Shown here in pieces: positions 62,559 to 64,000 of a DNA stretch of 64,000 bases. The notes under the pieces are model-generated. The model saw only the letters and a program-made list of their open reading frames with translations. It searched no databases and was not told where the DNA came from. The stretch is taken from the NCBI GenBank assembly GCA_021786375.1, contig JAJYNL010000084.1, forward strand, positions 2,022 through 66,021. Direction: 5' to 3'. Position 1 is the stretch's first letter, and every line of letters starts with the position of its first letter. The translations under genes and the position numbers were made by a program. Source of the DNA: Actinomycetes bacterium (lineage in GTDB: Bacteria; Actinomycetota; Acidimicrobiia; Acidimicrobiales; Acidimicrobiaceae).

Positions 62559-63380
62559 ATGGAGCTTAGAGAGCGGATAGCGGAGATCTGGGCGGGTAGG
62601 GACCGGTTGGAGCTGTCCTCGGCCGAGGTGCGGGGGGCTATCGCCGAGGCAATCGACGGTCTAGACCGCGGCGAGCTGCGCGTGGCGGAGTACGGCCCCG
62701 AGGGCAAGGTGGTCGTGCACGAATGGTTGAAGCAGGCCATACTCCTCCTGTTCCGTGCGTCAGAGTCCGAGGTGAGCCACTCCGGTCCATTCGAGTTTCG
62801 TGACAAGATCCCTTTGAAAGGTGACTTCGAGAGCCTCGCCGTGCGAGTGGTCCCGGGCGCATCAGCCCGATGGGGTGCCTACATCGCCCCGGGTGTGACC
62901 ATGATGCCCAGTTATGTGAACATTGGCGCGCGAGTGGGCAGTGGGACCATGGTAGACACCTGGGCCACGGTGGGATCGTGTGCTCAGATCGGCGAGCGGG
63001 TGCACCTGGCCGGTGGAGTCGGCATCGGCGGCGTGCTGGAGCCGCCCCAGGCCGCCCCGGTCTTCGTCGACGACGATGCCTTTATCGGCTCGCGGGCGAT
63101 GATTACCGAGGGGGCGAGAGTGGGACGCGGTGCCGTGGTGGGTGCGGGCGTCATCCTCAATCCATCGATTCCGGTCATCGACACCGAGACCGGCGAGGAG
63201 ATCTCCCGGGGGGTGATTCCCCCCTGGTGCGTGGCGGTGGCGGGATCGCGCAAGAGGGAGTATCCGGGAGGGGAGTTCTACCTTCCCTGCGTGCTGGTGA
63301 TCAAGCGGATGGCCGAGGGGGAGCGCCACGACAAGGCGGCCCTGAACGACTTCCTGCGCGACGAGGGGATCGCTCTGTGA
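62559..63380 (+). CDS. dapD: 2,3,4,5-tetrahydropyridine-2,6-dicarboxylate N-succinyltransferase (E. coli-type, 273 aa)
   Basis: MMPSYVNIGARVGSGTMVDTWATVGSCAQIGERVHLAGGVGIGGVLEP is near-identical in pattern to E. coli DapD hexapeptide repeats. A GGAGGAG SD is present. Confidence 0.93.
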   Translation: MELRERIAEIWAGRDRLELSSAEVRGAIAEAIDGLDRGELRVAEYGPEGKVVVHEWLKQAILLLFRASESEVSHSGPFEFRDKIPLKGDFESLAVRVVPGASARWGAYIAPGVTMMPSYVNIGARVGSGTMVDTWATVGSCAQIGERVHLAGGVGIGGVLEPPQAAPVFVDDDAFIGSRAMITEGARVGRGAVVGAGVILNPSIPVIDTETGEEISRGVIPPWCVAVAGSRKREYPGGEFYLPCVLVIKRMAEGERHDKAALNDFLRDEGIAL

Positions 63381-64000
63381 GCGAAGTGGCCACCGAGCTT
63401 GCCGAACTCACGGCCAGGCTGGTGGAGATACCGTCGGTCTCCCGAGAGGAGGCCGAGGTGGCCGGGTTGGTCGAGGCTCTTCTGCGTGCGAACCCTGCGC
63501 TGGACGTTCGCCGTATCGGCAACAACCTTGTCGCCACCTCGCCCGGGTACGACCCGGCCTCCGGCGTCCTCCTGGCGGGCCATCTCGACACGGTTCCGCC
63601 GTTCGGGCCTCCTGGCGCCAGTTTGGAGGAGGGCCGGGTGGCCGGCCTGGGAGCCGTCGACATGAAGGGCGGCATCGCCGTGCTGTGCCGCTTGGCCGGC
63701 GATCCACCCTCGGTGCCGATCCGACTGGTCTTCTACGCGAGCGAGGAGATCTCGCGGGTGCACTCCGGCCTCCTCGAGATCGAGGCTGCTGCTCCGGAGC
63801 TGCTTGGGGCGGGCGTGGCGATTCTTCTCGAGCCGACCGGGGGAGTGGTGGAGGCAGGCTGCCAGGGCACCGCAAAGTTCAGGGTCACTATTCGCGGCAG
63901 GAGGGCACACACCGCGCGCCCGCACATGGGTGTCAACGCAATTCACCGGGCCCATAGCCTGCTCGCCTGGCTGGATTCCCGGCCCACTTCGGAGGTCGAG
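63377..64000 (+). CDS. dapE: succinyl-diaminopimelate desuccinylase (M20 peptidase), 5' part; runs off the right edge
   Basis: The GTG overlaps the dapD TGA (GTGA). The frame is open to position 64000. LTARLVEIPSVSREE, LLAGHLDTVP and GLGAVDMKGG are present. It is not in the ORF track because no stop lies in the window. Confidence 0.85.
   Translation, partial: MSEVATELAELTARLVEIPSVSREEAEVAGLVEALLRANPALDVRRIGNNLVATSPGYDPASGVLLAGHLDTVPPFGPPGASLEEGRVAGLGAVDMKGGIAVLCRLAGDPPSVPIRLVFYASEEISRVHSGLLEIEAAAPELLGAGVAILLEPTGGVVEAGCQGTAKFRVTIRGRRAHTARPHMGVNAIHRAHSLLAWLDSRPTSEVE

Overview
This is a visibly GC-rich bacterial chromosomal segment (GC not computed). Its gene order matches the classic actinobacterial-type core block. 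In order: xerC, whiG, rpsB, tsf, pyrH, frr, cdsA, dxr, rseP-like, ispG, proS, rimP, nusA, ylxR, infB, rbfA, truB, ribF, rpsO, [APC permease], pnp, dapB, dapA, rnj, ftsK, DD-carboxypeptidase, thrB, rimO, pgsA, cinA, recA, miaB, (PNPOx-family gene, opposite strand), miaA, [4.6 kb c-di-GMP signalling gene], dapF, hflX, (putative lipoprotein, opposite strand), dapC, dapD, dapE (runs off the right edge). The first ~13 kb is a transporter-rich accessory stretch. It holds a partial FUSC-like gene, a decayed cupin gene, a wHTH regulator divergent from a PLDc_N-ABC operon, YihY, a Pho84-like MFS, two EamA genes, a DrrAB-like ABC exporter and a CaiB-type CoA-transferase. I could not support any rRNA, tRNA, CRISPR array, transposase or phage gene. 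The many long ORFs antisense to the housekeeping genes are ordinary high-GC shadow ORFs. I found no clear-cut novel multi-gene system. The observations most worth a second look are listed here. (1) A 1542-aa protein with the unusual order helical(globin-like?)-GAF-EAL-linker-GAF-4xPAS-GGDEF, wedged into the conserved miaA-dapF junction. (2) A perfect 24-bp AT-rich palindrome between a wHTH regulator and an uncharacterised PLDc_N/ABC operon. (3) A ylxR gene whose only canonical start lies 160 nt inside nusA, so that a 9-bp tandem repeat would be read in two frames. (4) An rpsO-pnp operon split by a permease, with a long hairpin retained in front of pnp. (5) A LexA box fused to the recA -10 element. 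Many adjacent genes overlap by 4 nt (ATGA/GTGA/TTGA), which implies translational coupling. Start codons are often ambiguous because GTG/TTG starts are common.
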